Source: a virus (taxonomy: Duplodnaviria > Caudoviricetes). From it: DNA of 52,844 nucleotides. The notes beneath the pieces were generated by a model. It was not told the DNA's origin and made no database searches. It worked only from the letters and a program-made list of their open reading frames with translations. Each line of letters opens with the position of its first letter. Positions within the stretch are counted from its first letter, which is position 1. A program made the position numbers and the translations under genes. Shown piece after piece: positions 9,856-19,053 of this stretch. The stretch is taken from positions 1 through 52,844 of IMG/VR virus record IMGVR_UViG_3300010371_000010. One strand, given 5' to 3'.

Positions 9856-10475
9856 CAGAAGAAGTCCAGGTGAACGCCCTTGCGGGGCGAGGCTGTCTTG
9901 TGGGTCAGATTGGTGAGGAACCGAGCCGCGCCCAGCGCGGTCCTCGGGTTCACATCGCGGTCGGAGTACTCATCCGCAAGAAGCGTCGCGAGATAGCAGG
10001 CCATGCCGTCGAAATCGCGATCCGACAGGGGGGCCGTGCTGCTCGTGGTCAAGCCGTCGATCCGGACCCAAATCCCCTGATAGCCGTCGCGGATCCACGT
10101 CGCCGGAGCGGTGGCGTCGTTCAGGGTCGTGACCAGGATCGCCGCCAGGTCCCGGGCCGGGCGGATGTCGCTGTTGACCCCGCTGGTGGACACGTCTTCC
10201 AACTCGTAGGGGAAGGGCGTCGTCGTGCGGTCAAAGGTGTCGGGGATGGTGATCGTGACCGCGCTCGCCGTGTTGACGAAGATGCGGTCCTGCTCGAATG
10301 CCGTGTAATTGGCCGTGACGACCACGTCGCGGAAGCGGCCGAAGGCTCCGCCGTTCACCAGGGCGTTATACAGGGCCTGCAGATGAGGCAGGGCATCGCT
10401 GATTTCTGCGGTGGAGGCAGAGGCAATGCCCAGCTTCTTCAGAGCCGAGGTGATGACGGCGGAGCATAGGGCCAT
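9855..10475 (-). CDS. Head-tail adaptor (P22 gp4-like)
   Basis: MALCSAVITSALKKLGI...LATLLADEY pattern; TGATG coupling with the upstream gene. Confidence 0.7.
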   Translation of the reverse strand: MALCSAVITSALKKLGIASASTAEISDALPHLQALYNALVNGGAFGRFRDVVVTANYTAFEQDRIFVNTASAVTITIPDTFDRTTTPFPYELEDVSTSGVNSDIRPARDLAAILVTTLNDATAPATWIRDGYQGIWVRIDGLTTSSTAPLSDRDFDGMACYLATLLADEYSDRDVNPRTALGAARFLTNLTHKTASPRKGVHLDFF

Positions 10476-10828
10476 CAGGAAGCGCGCAGAGAGATTTGCG
10501 CCTGAATGGCGGCGTTGACCTCTTCCTTGCCCGCCGTCTTCGGCAGGCCGGGATCGAGACGCCGGGCCAGGGCGCGCTGCGTCATGAACGGCAGCGTTTC
10601 CCAGTCGGCCGGGATTTCGACCTGAGCGGCGCCGGAAGCGTCGCCATCGGCCTTCGGTTCTTCGGCCTTGGACGCGGCTTTCACCGCGCCCTTGGCTTCG
10701 AACATCGGGTTTTCGGACAGCTTTTCCGCGGCGACGCCCTCGACCTCGACCCATTCCCCTTGAGGAAAGGTCTGGCCGAAGGCGGTCGTCTCGGTATGGT
10801 GCCCGTCGCCTTTGAAGGAGACCTTCAT
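10475..10828 (-). CDS. Small head-module protein with a C-terminal HeH-like motif
   Basis: MKVSFKGD start; WETLPFMTQRALARRL...KEEVNAAI. Confidence 0.55.
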   Translation of the reverse strand: MKVSFKGDGHHTETTAFGQTFPQGEWVEVEGVAAEKLSENPMFEAKGAVKAASKAEEPKADGDASGAAQVEIPADWETLPFMTQRALARRLDPGLPKTAGKEEVNAAIQAQISLRAS

Positions 10829-10833
10829 CGGGC

Positions 10834-11283
10834 TTAGTCCGCCAGGCCGTCGACGGTGTAGTGGCAGACCAACCGCACCGTGCCCGCCGCCTTGGTGGCG
10901 CCGGCCGTGTGGACGGTGCCAATGATCGGCGTGTCGGCCGTGCACTGATAGTCCCAACCGGTCGACGCCATGTTGGAGTCGGAGGTTCCGGCCTGGCCCA
11001 CCACGGACTGCGAGAAGAACCGGGTCGCCGAACCAGCGTCGCCCACATCGAAGGTGATGGTGGGGGAAGCGTTGGTGTCGATGTCGGTGCTCTGCAGTTG
11101 CATGTGGCGTACGGTGGCGCCCTTGGGCAGGGTGAAGAACGCGAGGGTGTCGTTCGCGGCCAGAGACGTGGTGACGGCCACTTGGGCGGTCAGCAGCTTG
11201 GCGTTGGCGGCGAAGCCGTGCGAGGGCACGGTCGCCTTACCGTTGGCCAGCTTGGTGGCCAGGGTTGAAGAAAGCGCAGCCAT
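10834..11283 (-). CDS. Capsid cement/decoration protein
   Basis: 149-aa beta-rich protein downstream of the major capsid gene (LPKGATV, FDVGD motifs). Confidence 0.65.
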   Translation of the reverse strand: MAALSSTLATKLANGKATVPSHGFAANAKLLTAQVAVTTSLAANDTLAFFTLPKGATVRHMQLQSTDIDTNASPTITFDVGDAGSATRFFSQSVVGQAGTSDSNMASTGWDYQCTADTPIIGTVHTAGATKAAGTVRLVCHYTVDGLAD

Positions 11284-11352
11284 ATCGAAGGTTTCCTTAG
11301 AGAAGGATTGGGGGTGTGGTAAACTTCGCGGCTCACTGACCTAAGGCGGACA

Positions 11353-11865
11353 ATGATGGAGCGATGGGCAGAACTCAACGGTTGGCCGGGATACTGGATT
11401 TCCAACGGCGGCACTTTGAGGGGGCCGCGCGGCTTTCCACTCGCGACTGTCGGGGACAAGAACGGCTATAGAACCGTCTATATCGGCAACAAGAAGCGTG
11501 GCGCGTTGATCAAATTACACCGCGCCGTAGTGGCCGCTTTCATCGGACCCGTTCCCCCCGGAATGCACGTCAACCATAAGAACGGCGTGAAGGACGACAA
11601 CCGGGTCGAAAACCTGGAGATCGTCACTCCCCGGGAGAACGTGCTTCACGGCTTCCGGGTGTTGGGCCGAAAGGGCTGCAACACTAAGCCAAACCGAGGC
11701 TCTGCTCATCACAACGCTAGGCTTACCGAGGATGATGTTCGCGAGCTAAAACGGCTGAGGGGCCAAGGATTCACCCAAGTCAGACTGGCTGCGAGGTTCG
11801 GGATTAGCCAAACCAACGTAAGCAGAATTCTGCGAGGAGAAGCTTGGCCCCACGTAACCGCTTAG
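11353..11865 (+). CDS. Free-standing NUMOD4-HNH-HTH homing endonuclease
   Basis: LHRAVVAAF..VNHKNGVKDDNRVENLE..N..H, C-terminal LAARFGISQTNVSRI; antisense to its neighbours. Confidence 0.92.
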   Translation: MMERWAELNGWPGYWISNGGTLRGPRGFPLATVGDKNGYRTVYIGNKKRGALIKLHRAVVAAFIGPVPPGMHVNHKNGVKDDNRVENLEIVTPRENVLHGFRVLGRKGCNTKPNRGSAHHNARLTEDDVRELKRLRGQGFTQVRLAARFGISQTNVSRILRGEAWPHVTA

Positions 11866-11866
11866 C

Positions 11867-12991
11867 TCACGAATCGGCGGCGGCGGCGAAGTAGCCCGTC
11901 AAAATTCCGTTCGGCTTGCCGTTGAAGGTGATCTTCTTCACCCCCACCAGCTCCTCGATGGCGACGCCGGGCCGGAACTGGTAGTCCCGATCCATGTCGG
12001 TGCGAGGGGTCGGCTCCTGGCCCCAGGCGACCCCGACTGCGCCGACGCCGCACATGAACACCGGGCGCACGTCGCAGCTCGATCCGCCTTGGCCATCCAG
12101 CGAGTAGGTGCCCCCGGAGATCACGTCATCGATCTCGGGAACCTCGCGGTGGATCACGCCGTCATAGACGATGTCCCCGTCCTGGAAGAGCGGGTTCTTG
12201 TCCACGCCGTTGGCCTCGCGGGCGCGGGACGACTGGTTGGCGGTCACGATGGTCGAGTCCGCCTTCAGGTCACGGAAGGTCCGGGCGCCGTGGAAGCAGA
12301 CGTAGTACTCGCGGCCGTCCTCGTCGTTGACCTGGAACGGACGGATGCGCGGATCGGCCGACTTCGCCATCCGCTTCATCAGGCCGATGGCCGCCGCCGT
12401 GCACTTGTCGGAGCCGGTGGTGATGTTGCCCAGCGCCGTGGCGTAGGTGGCCGAATAGTTCGACTTCTGGTGGCCGAACAGCAGCCGGTCGGCATTGGCC
12501 GCAGCATAGGCGTTCCGGTCGGTGGACGAGGAGTCGCCGAGGTTGACGGTCGTGTCGCCGCCAGTCGCCACCGAGGCCATGCCCTTGATGATGTCGTCGC
12601 GGAGCTTCTCGGTCTCCCAGACGCGGAGACCCTGGCGGGCGGCGTTCAGGAGGTTGATCTCGGTCTTATACTGGGTGGACTTCGGCACCTCGACCGCGTT
12701 ACGCCGCCAGTCGACGGTGATGCCGCAGTTGTAGTTGGTGAGGGCTTCTTCCTGGCCGGCGAGCACGCCCGAGCCGGTCACGCCGTCCGACTTCAGGCGG
12801 GCGATGAACGGGATGTTGATGATCTTGCCGGCTTCGTTCTGAAGCTCGTACTTGGTCAGGATGATCCCGCCGTTGTTGCTGGCGGAATTGGTCATGTACG
12901 GCTTGAAGCGGGTGTTCCGCACGTACTCCTGGAAGAACTGGGTGATCCAGACCTGCTTCTCGGAAGCAGAGGCGAGTTGGGTCTCAGCCAT
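11867..12991 (-). CDS. Major capsid protein (DUF4043 / N4-gp56-like)
   Basis: INIPFIARLK..GV.G...L.GQEEAL, NPLFQDG..YDGVIHRE, AWGQ motifs; follows the scaffold gene. Confidence 0.88.
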   Translation of the reverse strand: MAETQLASASEKQVWITQFFQEYVRNTRFKPYMTNSASNNGGIILTKYELQNEAGKIINIPFIARLKSDGVTGSGVLAGQEEALTNYNCGITVDWRRNAVEVPKSTQYKTEINLLNAARQGLRVWETEKLRDDIIKGMASVATGGDTTVNLGDSSSTDRNAYAAANADRLLFGHQKSNYSATYATALGNITTGSDKCTAAAIGLMKRMAKSADPRIRPFQVNDEDGREYYVCFHGARTFRDLKADSTIVTANQSSRAREANGVDKNPLFQDGDIVYDGVIHREVPEIDDVISGGTYSLDGQGGSSCDVRPVFMCGVGAVGVAWGQEPTPRTDMDRDYQFRPGVAIEELVGVKKITFNGKPNGILTGYFAAAADS

Positions 12992-13024
12992 TTAAGGCAA
13001 CGCAGGGCGTTTCGGCCCTGTCCT

Positions 13025-13867
13025 CTATCGGAAGGCGGTGTCGAATGCCTGTCCAGGACCAACCGGCACGACCTCAGCCGAGGCAGCCGCAGCAGCGGAT
13101 GCGATCGACCTCGGGGGAGGTGTCGGAGCGGTTCGGACGGGCGCGACAGACGCCGGTTGTGGGGGAATCGCCGGAGCGGCTTGGGCCGGGTCCTGCGGGG
13201 TTTGCGCGGCGGTGGCCGCATCGTCGGAGAGCAGCGCGAGCAGTCGGTCGCGCTTGGCCGGGTCCTGAAGGGTCTGCATCAGCTTGAACTGCTGATGCTC
13301 CTGCATGACCAGGGCGTAGGGATCTTGGCTGGCGTGGATCTTCGCGTTGAAGCCCGGGTCCTGGTCGCAGCGCGCGAACGCCCACTCGTGGGCCTCCCGC
13401 ACCGTCTCAGGGCCGTGGACAGTCTCGGCGAGCTTCCTCGACCAGTTGACCTCGGTCTGGCGCTTGAGGGCCTGTGCTTCTTCCCAGGCTCCGCGCGGGT
13501 CCTCGTCGGGATTGACGGTGGGGCCCAGGCGGGGCTGGGGCTTCTGGGCGCGGAGCTGCTGGAGCTCGGCTTCGGCGGCCCTGAGCTTGTCGCGGGTGTC
13601 GAGCACGACGGCCAGCGGGACGAATCCCGAGTTGGGCGCAGTCTCGGCAGAAGCGGCAGGCGCGGCTTCCGAAGTCGGAGCGGGTTCCGGCGGGGCTTCG
13701 GCGACAGGAGGCGCTTCGGCCGGAGCCTCTGCTTGCTTGCCGACGAACTTGCCGTCCGGACCCCTGGCCGGGCCTTCCGATGCCGGAGGGGTCTCCGACA
13801 CGGGGGCTTCGGCCACAGGTTCGCGTTCGCCCGTTTCGGGGGCGTCCAGAAAAGATAGCGGTTCCAA
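13025..13867 (-). CDS. Scaffolding protein
   Basis: Acidic Pro/Ala-rich protein with RGPDGKF and VPLAVVLDTRDK motifs, between portal and capsid genes. Confidence 0.8.
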   Translation of the reverse strand: MEPLSFLDAPETGEREPVAEAPVSETPPASEGPARGPDGKFVGKQAEAPAEAPPVAEAPPEPAPTSEAAPAASAETAPNSGFVPLAVVLDTRDKLRAAEAELQQLRAQKPQPRLGPTVNPDEDPRGAWEEAQALKRQTEVNWSRKLAETVHGPETVREAHEWAFARCDQDPGFNAKIHASQDPYALVMQEHQQFKLMQTLQDPAKRDRLLALLSDDAATAAQTPQDPAQAAPAIPPQPASVAPVRTAPTPPPRSIASAAAAASAEVVPVGPGQAFDTAFR

Positions 13868-13882
13868 GAGGTTGATCCCTAG

Positions 13883-14001
13883 CGCCCGATATCGAGGGGC
13901 GCGGCTCGGCTCGTGAAGATCACGACGCCCGCATCAGCGGCGGCCTGGCTGCGTTTGACGGGTCGCAGCATCCCGAGACGCCCGTTCACCCCGGCGGCGG
14001 G
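13883..14001 (-). ncRNA. Candidate structured leader RNA upstream of the scaffold gene
   Basis: Three units CCGC(C)G...CGGGCG on the minus strand (13883-13905, 13926-13945, 13979-14001) with interspersed hairpins. Confidence 0.45.
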
Positions 14002-14020
14002 TTTGTGGTAGGCTCAGCAC

Positions 14021-14209
14021 ATGGCTGAACCGGCCGAAATCATGAAGCGCCCCAAGGACATGACGGACGCCGAACTGCGTGCCATTCCCTTCAAGAGCCC
14101 TCTCGAAGACCGACGCCTCAGCCCCTATGGCTTAGGCGGCGATGACCTCATGGGTTTTTGGCAGGATGCGGACGGCAGGTGGTGGCGCGAGGACTGGCCG
14201 CCCCTTTAG
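14021..14209 (+). CDS. Small antisense moron, hypothetical protein (62 aa)
   Basis: Extended -10 TGgTAGGCT at 14006-14014 with ATG 7 nt later; fills the gap after the portal stop. Confidence 0.55.
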   Translation: MAEPAEIMKRPKDMTDAELRAIPFKSPLEDRRLSPYGLGGDDLMGFWQDADGRWWREDWPPL

Positions 14210-16291
14210 TCAGCCGGGCGCGAAGTCTGGCGGCCGAGGAGGCGGCCCGAGCGAGTTTGGCTGTCCACCAGCAGGCGGAGGCAGTGCGGGCAGCCCTGGG
14301 GCTCCTGCCACGCCCTGAGGCGGCATCTGAGGCCCGTCGCTCCAACCCGGCTCCGGCGAAGGCGGGTTCAAGGTCTGACCAGCCTCGACATAGGCTTGGA
14401 TCGCCTGAGCGTGGGCCAGTTGCCCCTGCGCTTGGATCTTCCCGACCTCGGCCTCGCCCTTCTTCAGCGCCAGCACGGCTTGAGGCGGCGGAGGCGCGCT
14501 CGCGGACTGCTGCTGCATCTGCTCCAGCTTGGCGATGATCTCCCGCTTGTTCGGGATGGTCGACGCCTCGATCAGGACTTGCGGCGGAATCGGAACGCCA
14601 GACCTCGCAAGGTCGACCAGGGCCTGGAATTGCTCTTGCTGGACGTTGGAGACATCGGGCGTGACATCCAGGTCGATATCGACGTCCATCTCGGCGATGG
14701 AATTGCGATAACCCAAGATCGGCGTGACCATGGCCGGAACCATGGCGCCGGTCTGCGGATGCTGCTGCAATCCCTGCATCGGCGGCCCATAGATCGGCTG
14801 GTTCAGCGGCAGGAAGGCGTGCTTGCCATTGCGGACCATGCCGATCCGCTGCTCATAGTCCTGTTGTTCGGGGCTGACCCCAAGCGTCCCCGGAGCGGCT
14901 TGATCGTCGGTGACACGGATCCAGTCCGGAGCCTGCCAGTATTGCTTCATCCGGGCCCACATCTGCCGGTAGCAGCGCAGTTCCCACTCCTCGATCCCGC
15001 CCAGAACAACAGCCTGTTCGGTCAGTCCGGCCTGTTGACGCAGGAGGGTCTGACGGCCCGATGCATCCGCCCCTTGCCGTCCGAGGATCGCGGGGTTCGG
15101 CCCCATGCGCTCGATCTCGGCGGTAGCGTACTGCAGCATCTGGACCTGACCTTGGGCCATGTCCGTGGTCTGGATGACCTGGACGCCCGAAGGCAGCACA
15201 CCGTCAGGCCGGGCCGCTTCCTTGCGGACCTCGTCGGCGTCCATGCCCATGAGCGAGCCGGGCTGGTTCTCCTGGACCTGGCGGGAGTTGATTAGGTGCA
15301 GGAGCTTGGACCTGCGCTTGTTGATCTCGTCCTGGGGCCCGATCATGTCGCGGATCAGGCCGTAGCGGTTGTTGTCCCGGTCGACGTAGCAGGTCTGGGC
15401 TTCGATGGGGCAGTCCGGCTTGCCCTCGGTGTCATTGTAGGGACTGACGCCCTGTTCGAGCACGGCCCCGCCATGGAACACGGCCCAATACCAGATGCCG
15501 CCTTCGGTGTAGTAGACTTCGCAGAGCAGGAGCCTGCGCCGGCGGCTATCGACCCATGCCGTCGACCCGGCAAGCGGCCGGTCCTGGAGGCTCTGGTCGA
15601 TCATCGTCGGAGCGCCGCCGGACAGGACAGACTCGACATCGGACTTCGGATATCGGGCCTGAACGTCGTCGGCGTACATCCACTTCGCGATGCCCTTGTA
15701 ACGGGCGTCGGAGAAGTCGCGCTCCCTGGACCTGGGATCGTAGAAGAACTCTTCCCAGCGGATGCGGCGGGGCGAGATGTTGTGGTTCTGGTCGACCTCG
15801 ATGATGACGGCGCCGGTGCCGTTCACGAAGTAGTTCTCCGAGACCTCGACCTTCAGGTTGGCGAAGCGGGATTTCTTGGCGGCGAAGACCAGGGCCTTGT
15901 TGGCGACATCGGCCGAATCCTGATCGTCGGGCTCGCTCGGCTTGCAGATCGGCAGGGTTGTCGCCTGCTTGATGATCCCGAGCGTGCCCAAGATCGCGGG
16001 CCGAACTCGGTTGAAGACGTTGTCGGGCTGCTTGCGGGCGCGGAGGACTCGGCGCTCCTCAGCGGTCCACTGCACGCAGTTGAAATAGTCCTCGTGGACC
16101 AGGGCCTGCGAACGGTTGTCCTGCGTCAGCCACTGCCAATCGTCAAACATCCGCTTGAGGGACGCCAGCGACTTGGCCGGTTGCTGGGCTTCCTCGAGAG
16201 AGCCACGCGCGGCGGTCTGAGCCGGGATCACCGCGGGCAGTTGCGGAGCCTGCGGAACAGCGGCCAGCGGGGTTTGATCGGCGGGGATCAA
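14210..16291 (-). CDS. Portal protein (P22-like)
   Basis: QWT.EE..VL..R.QP..VFNRVRP, FFYDPRS...DFSDARY, GLIRDMIGPQDEINKRRSK. Confidence 0.93.
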   Translation of the reverse strand: MIPADQTPLAAVPQAPQLPAVIPAQTAARGSLEEAQQPAKSLASLKRMFDDWQWLTQDNRSQALVHEDYFNCVQWTAEERRVLRARKQPDNVFNRVRPAILGTLGIIKQATTLPICKPSEPDDQDSADVANKALVFAAKKSRFANLKVEVSENYFVNGTGAVIIEVDQNHNISPRRIRWEEFFYDPRSRERDFSDARYKGIAKWMYADDVQARYPKSDVESVLSGGAPTMIDQSLQDRPLAGSTAWVDSRRRRLLLCEVYYTEGGIWYWAVFHGGAVLEQGVSPYNDTEGKPDCPIEAQTCYVDRDNNRYGLIRDMIGPQDEINKRRSKLLHLINSRQVQENQPGSLMGMDADEVRKEAARPDGVLPSGVQVIQTTDMAQGQVQMLQYATAEIERMGPNPAILGRQGADASGRQTLLRQQAGLTEQAVVLGGIEEWELRCYRQMWARMKQYWQAPDWIRVTDDQAAPGTLGVSPEQQDYEQRIGMVRNGKHAFLPLNQPIYGPPMQGLQQHPQTGAMVPAMVTPILGYRNSIAEMDVDIDLDVTPDVSNVQQEQFQALVDLARSGVPIPPQVLIEASTIPNKREIIAKLEQMQQQSASAPPPPQAVLALKKGEAEVGKIQAQGQLAHAQAIQAYVEAGQTLNPPSPEPGWSDGPQMPPQGVAGAPGLPALPPPAGGQPNSLGPPPRPPDFAPG

Positions 16292-16448
16292 GACGCCAAC
16301 GCCTCTCGCACCTTGGCGCGCAGTTCTTCGCTTTCGGCCGTGGTCAGGTGAAGACCGGCGGCCTCGAACCGGACGATCTCGCCCCTATCGCCAATTTCGA
16401 TGGCCACGGCTCGGTTCGTACCGGACGGCAGGTCGCCAAGGAGGAACT

Positions 16449-17879
16449 TCACGCCACCTTCCATCCGTCGCCCTCCCCTCGTCTTCCGCGCCAGCGGTCC
16501 AGGTCGCTCGGGTTTGTGGGCTTGACCTTCGCCGGAACAATCGCCGGGTGGGTCTCGTCCAAGGCCCGGCCGATCAGCGACGCGCAGTCGACATCGTCGT
16601 CATGCTTGCCGGCGGGGAACACCAGGAACTCGGAAACGTCCGCACCGGGTTCGAGCTGAACGCGCCCCATCGCGGCCCTGGCCTGGAATCCTCTGGCCCG
16701 GGTGGGCTTGTCCGCGATGCTAGGCAGCCATTCCAGGCGGCAGAACACCTTGCGTTCCCGCATCCGGCGCATCAGCATCGGCTCGATCGCCTTTTGGATC
16801 ACGCCGCTTTCACCGAACCAGGCGAAAGGCTTGTGCTTCGCCATCAGGTCGATCAGCCGCTCGATCCAGACATCCGAGCTCGTTTGATCTCGCCAGCCGT
16901 CAAGCCGGAAGAGCACGCCATCGGGATCGACGCCCCAGACGCGGTGAACGGTGAAGTCCCCGCCCCCATCCGTGACCGCGTAATCGCTCGTGCCGTAGAT
17001 CGACAGATGGTCGGGCTTCTTCTCCCAGGACGGCAGCCAATCCCGTTGGAAGAATGTGCCCTCGTCGGGTTGTGGTCGCTGCTGATAGAGCGCAGACCAC
17101 TCGCGGGGACCGATGGTGCTTTCGATCCGCTTCAGGGCCGGAACGTCATACCACTCAGGCCAAAGCGCCGAGCCGTCCGCCGCGATGGCTGGAAGCTCCA
17201 GGACCGTCCATTCGCCGCCATCTTCAACGCGGCCTTGAAGATCCAGCAACCGGCCCGCAAGGTCATCCTCGTGCCAGCGGGTTTGAACCAGGACGATGGC
17301 GCCGCCCGGCATCAGGCGGGTGAAGAACGTCGACCTGTACCAATCCCAGACCCGTTGCCGTTGCAGCTCGCTATCGGCATCAGCCCGGTCCTTGAACGGA
17401 TCGTCTATCAGGCCAAGATGCGCGCCGCGGCCGGTGGTCGCCGTGCCAACGCCAGCGGCGAAGTAGGCTCCGCCTTCCGAGGTGTTCATCCGATCCGCGG
17501 CCCGGCTGTCCTGCCTCAAGCCGACGCCTGGAAACACCTCTCCGAACTCGGGCGATCCGACGATGTTACGAACCTCCCGCCCAAAATCGGTGGCAAGGTC
17601 GCTGTTGTAGCTGGCCGCGATGATCTGGCGCGTCGGATTGCGCCCAAGATACCAGGCCGGGAACCGCTTGGACGCCTTCTCGCTCTTGCCGTGGCGGGGC
17701 GGCATGAAGACCATGAGCCGGTCGATCTCGCCTCGCTCCACCGCCTCCAAATGCTCATCTAGCCGACTCTGATGCTCGGCCTCAAAGTAGCTCGGCGAGG
17801 TGAAGCTAGTGAACGCTCCCAGTCGGCGACGGGCTTTCTCCGCCTTGATCTCCCGGAGCGTTGGAAGCCTTCGCGACAA
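16449..17879 (-). CDS. terL: Terminase large subunit
   Basis: MPPRHGKS Walker A, LIDDPFKD Walker B, QTRWHEDDLAG, C-terminal HDDDVD; exact start uncertain. Confidence 0.96.
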   Translation of the reverse strand: MSRRLPTLREIKAEKARRRLGAFTSFTSPSYFEAEHQSRLDEHLEAVERGEIDRLMVFMPPRHGKSEKASKRFPAWYLGRNPTRQIIAASYNSDLATDFGREVRNIVGSPEFGEVFPGVGLRQDSRAADRMNTSEGGAYFAAGVGTATTGRGAHLGLIDDPFKDRADADSELQRQRVWDWYRSTFFTRLMPGGAIVLVQTRWHEDDLAGRLLDLQGRVEDGGEWTVLELPAIAADGSALWPEWYDVPALKRIESTIGPREWSALYQQRPQPDEGTFFQRDWLPSWEKKPDHLSIYGTSDYAVTDGGGDFTVHRVWGVDPDGVLFRLDGWRDQTSSDVWIERLIDLMAKHKPFAWFGESGVIQKAIEPMLMRRMRERKVFCRLEWLPSIADKPTRARGFQARAAMGRVQLEPGADVSEFLVFPAGKHDDDVDCASLIGRALDETHPAIVPAKVKPTNPSDLDRWRGRRGEGDGWKVA

Positions 17880-18312
17880 GCTTCTCAAGCGCGTCGAGGT
17901 CGTCGGCGCTATAGCCGCTGAGGTCATGGGTATGCTGGACCTCGCCAGTGTGATTCACGTCCACCTTGTCGCCGTAGATCGCCGGTAGCCATTTGCCCGC
18001 CAGGCGAAGCCGCGTGTCGATCTTCACCCGCTTGTCGGCGACCGCGACTGCATCAGCTGCGGGCTCATCGGCGATCTTCAGGCATTCCTCGGCCAGCGCA
18101 TGAACGCCTCTGGCGCGCGCTGCGCGGAAGCGTCCGGCAAATTCCTTGTCCGCCTCAAGCCACTCATAGACCGTCGAGCGCTTCGGCATCTTCGGTTCGG
18201 CGCAGATGACAGTCAGCGGCTCGCCTCGTTCGGTGCGCTCCAGGAGTTGCGCGACAACGTCATCCTCGAAGGTTGAGGCGATCCTGTCTGCTTTGGGGCG
18301 ACCGGCCGGCAT
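17806..18312 (-). CDS. terS: Terminase small subunit
   Basis: GRP...GEPLTVIC..PKRSTVYEWL...DTRLRLAGKWLP..YGDK. Confidence 0.9.
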   Translation of the reverse strand: MPAGRPKADRIASTFEDDVVAQLLERTERGEPLTVICAEPKMPKRSTVYEWLEADKEFAGRFRAARARGVHALAEECLKIADEPAADAVAVADKRVKIDTRLRLAGKWLPAIYGDKVDVNHTGEVQHTHDLSGYSADDLDALEKLVAKASNAPGDQGGESPSPTGSVH

Positions 18313-18470
18313 CAGGAGACCTTCTTCAGGATGCGGCGGCCGGACTGATCGGCGATGATCTGCCAGACCGTGTCCGTGCCTTCGAGGCCGGTCAGGCGCG
18401 TTCCGGGCGGGAAGTCCTTGGGCGTCTTGCCAGCGTTCGCAGGTTGGCGGAGGTCGAAGGGATCGGACAT
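18312..18470 (-). CDS. Small hypothetical protein (52 aa)
   Basis: SD GAGGTG, MSDPFDLRQ..., TGATG coupling to terS. Confidence 0.55.
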   Translation of the reverse strand: MSDPFDLRQPANAGKTPKDFPPGTRLTGLEGTDTVWQIIADQSGRRILKKVS

Positions 18471-18526
18471 CGCTCACCTCTGCGAAATCGTGTGAGCTAA
18501 CAGGCCAAACGTGTTAGCCTAACAGG

Positions 18527-18802
18527 ATGGTTCAGGCGGCGAAGTGCAAGGTCTGCGGTGTCGCTCACTTCGGCATGGCGCATGTGTGGCCGAAGGGTGA
18601 CCCGCTGAACGTTCAGACGCCGAGGGCGCCCCCGAAGGCTGTCCCTGCGCCGAAGGATGACCGAGACGCCGTGATCGCTGCGCTTCAGGCGAAGGTGACA
18701 GCCCTGGAAGCTGAGGTGGCCACGCTTCGGCGCGACGCGGCGCAGGCTGTGGCTCGGCGCAAACGCCAGCGCGACCTTATGCGGAAGCGGAGAGCCAAGT
18801 AG
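18527..18802 (+). CDS. Antisense moron: CxxC/His motif, coiled coil and basic tail
   Basis: CKVC..AH..AH, heptad region, RRKRQRDLMRKRR; extended -10 TGtTAGCCT 7 nt upstream of the ATG. Confidence 0.6.
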   Translation: MVQAAKCKVCGVAHFGMAHVWPKGDPLNVQTPRAPPKAVPAPKDDRDAVIAALQAKVTALEAEVATLRRDAAQAVARRKRQRDLMRKRRAK

Positions 18803-19014
18803 TCGCGCCCAAACGACCTAGCTCCGCAGGGTTACAGCACAGTGTGAGGGTGACGGGCTGTTCGTGGGCGCTTGGGGATGCCGGAGGCAACGCTTCGCGG
18901 CGGCGCTCGGAACCCATGCGCCTTGCGCTGGTCCTGAACCGGATCGGCCTCGCCCTACGGCGACTTTCTCGTTAGCCGGTCGTCCGCCCCTGCCCCGACG
19001 GCAGTTGACCGAAG

Positions 19015-19048
19015 AAGCTGGGCTATTCGGCCTTTCTTGTCAATAGCC
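19015..19048 (-). promoter_or_regulatory. Candidate late promoter (pR'-like)
   Basis: TTGACA at 19043-19038, 17-nt spacer, weak -10 CAGCTT; flanked by the inverted repeat GGCTATT/AATAGCC; directly after the antiterminator gene. Confidence 0.5.
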
Positions 19049-19053
19049 TGCGC

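Noticed and set aside
11284-11866. Group I intron carrying the HNH gene
   Set aside because: Both flanking genes are complete, the HNH is antisense and fills the gap, leaving no room for a ribozyme core.
281-17762. Long plus-strand ORFs (281-1585, 1751-3682, 8527-9873, 12089-13858, 15296-16351, 16548-17762)
   Set aside because: They are shadow frames of clear minus-strand genes in GC-rich DNA and have no recognisable motifs.
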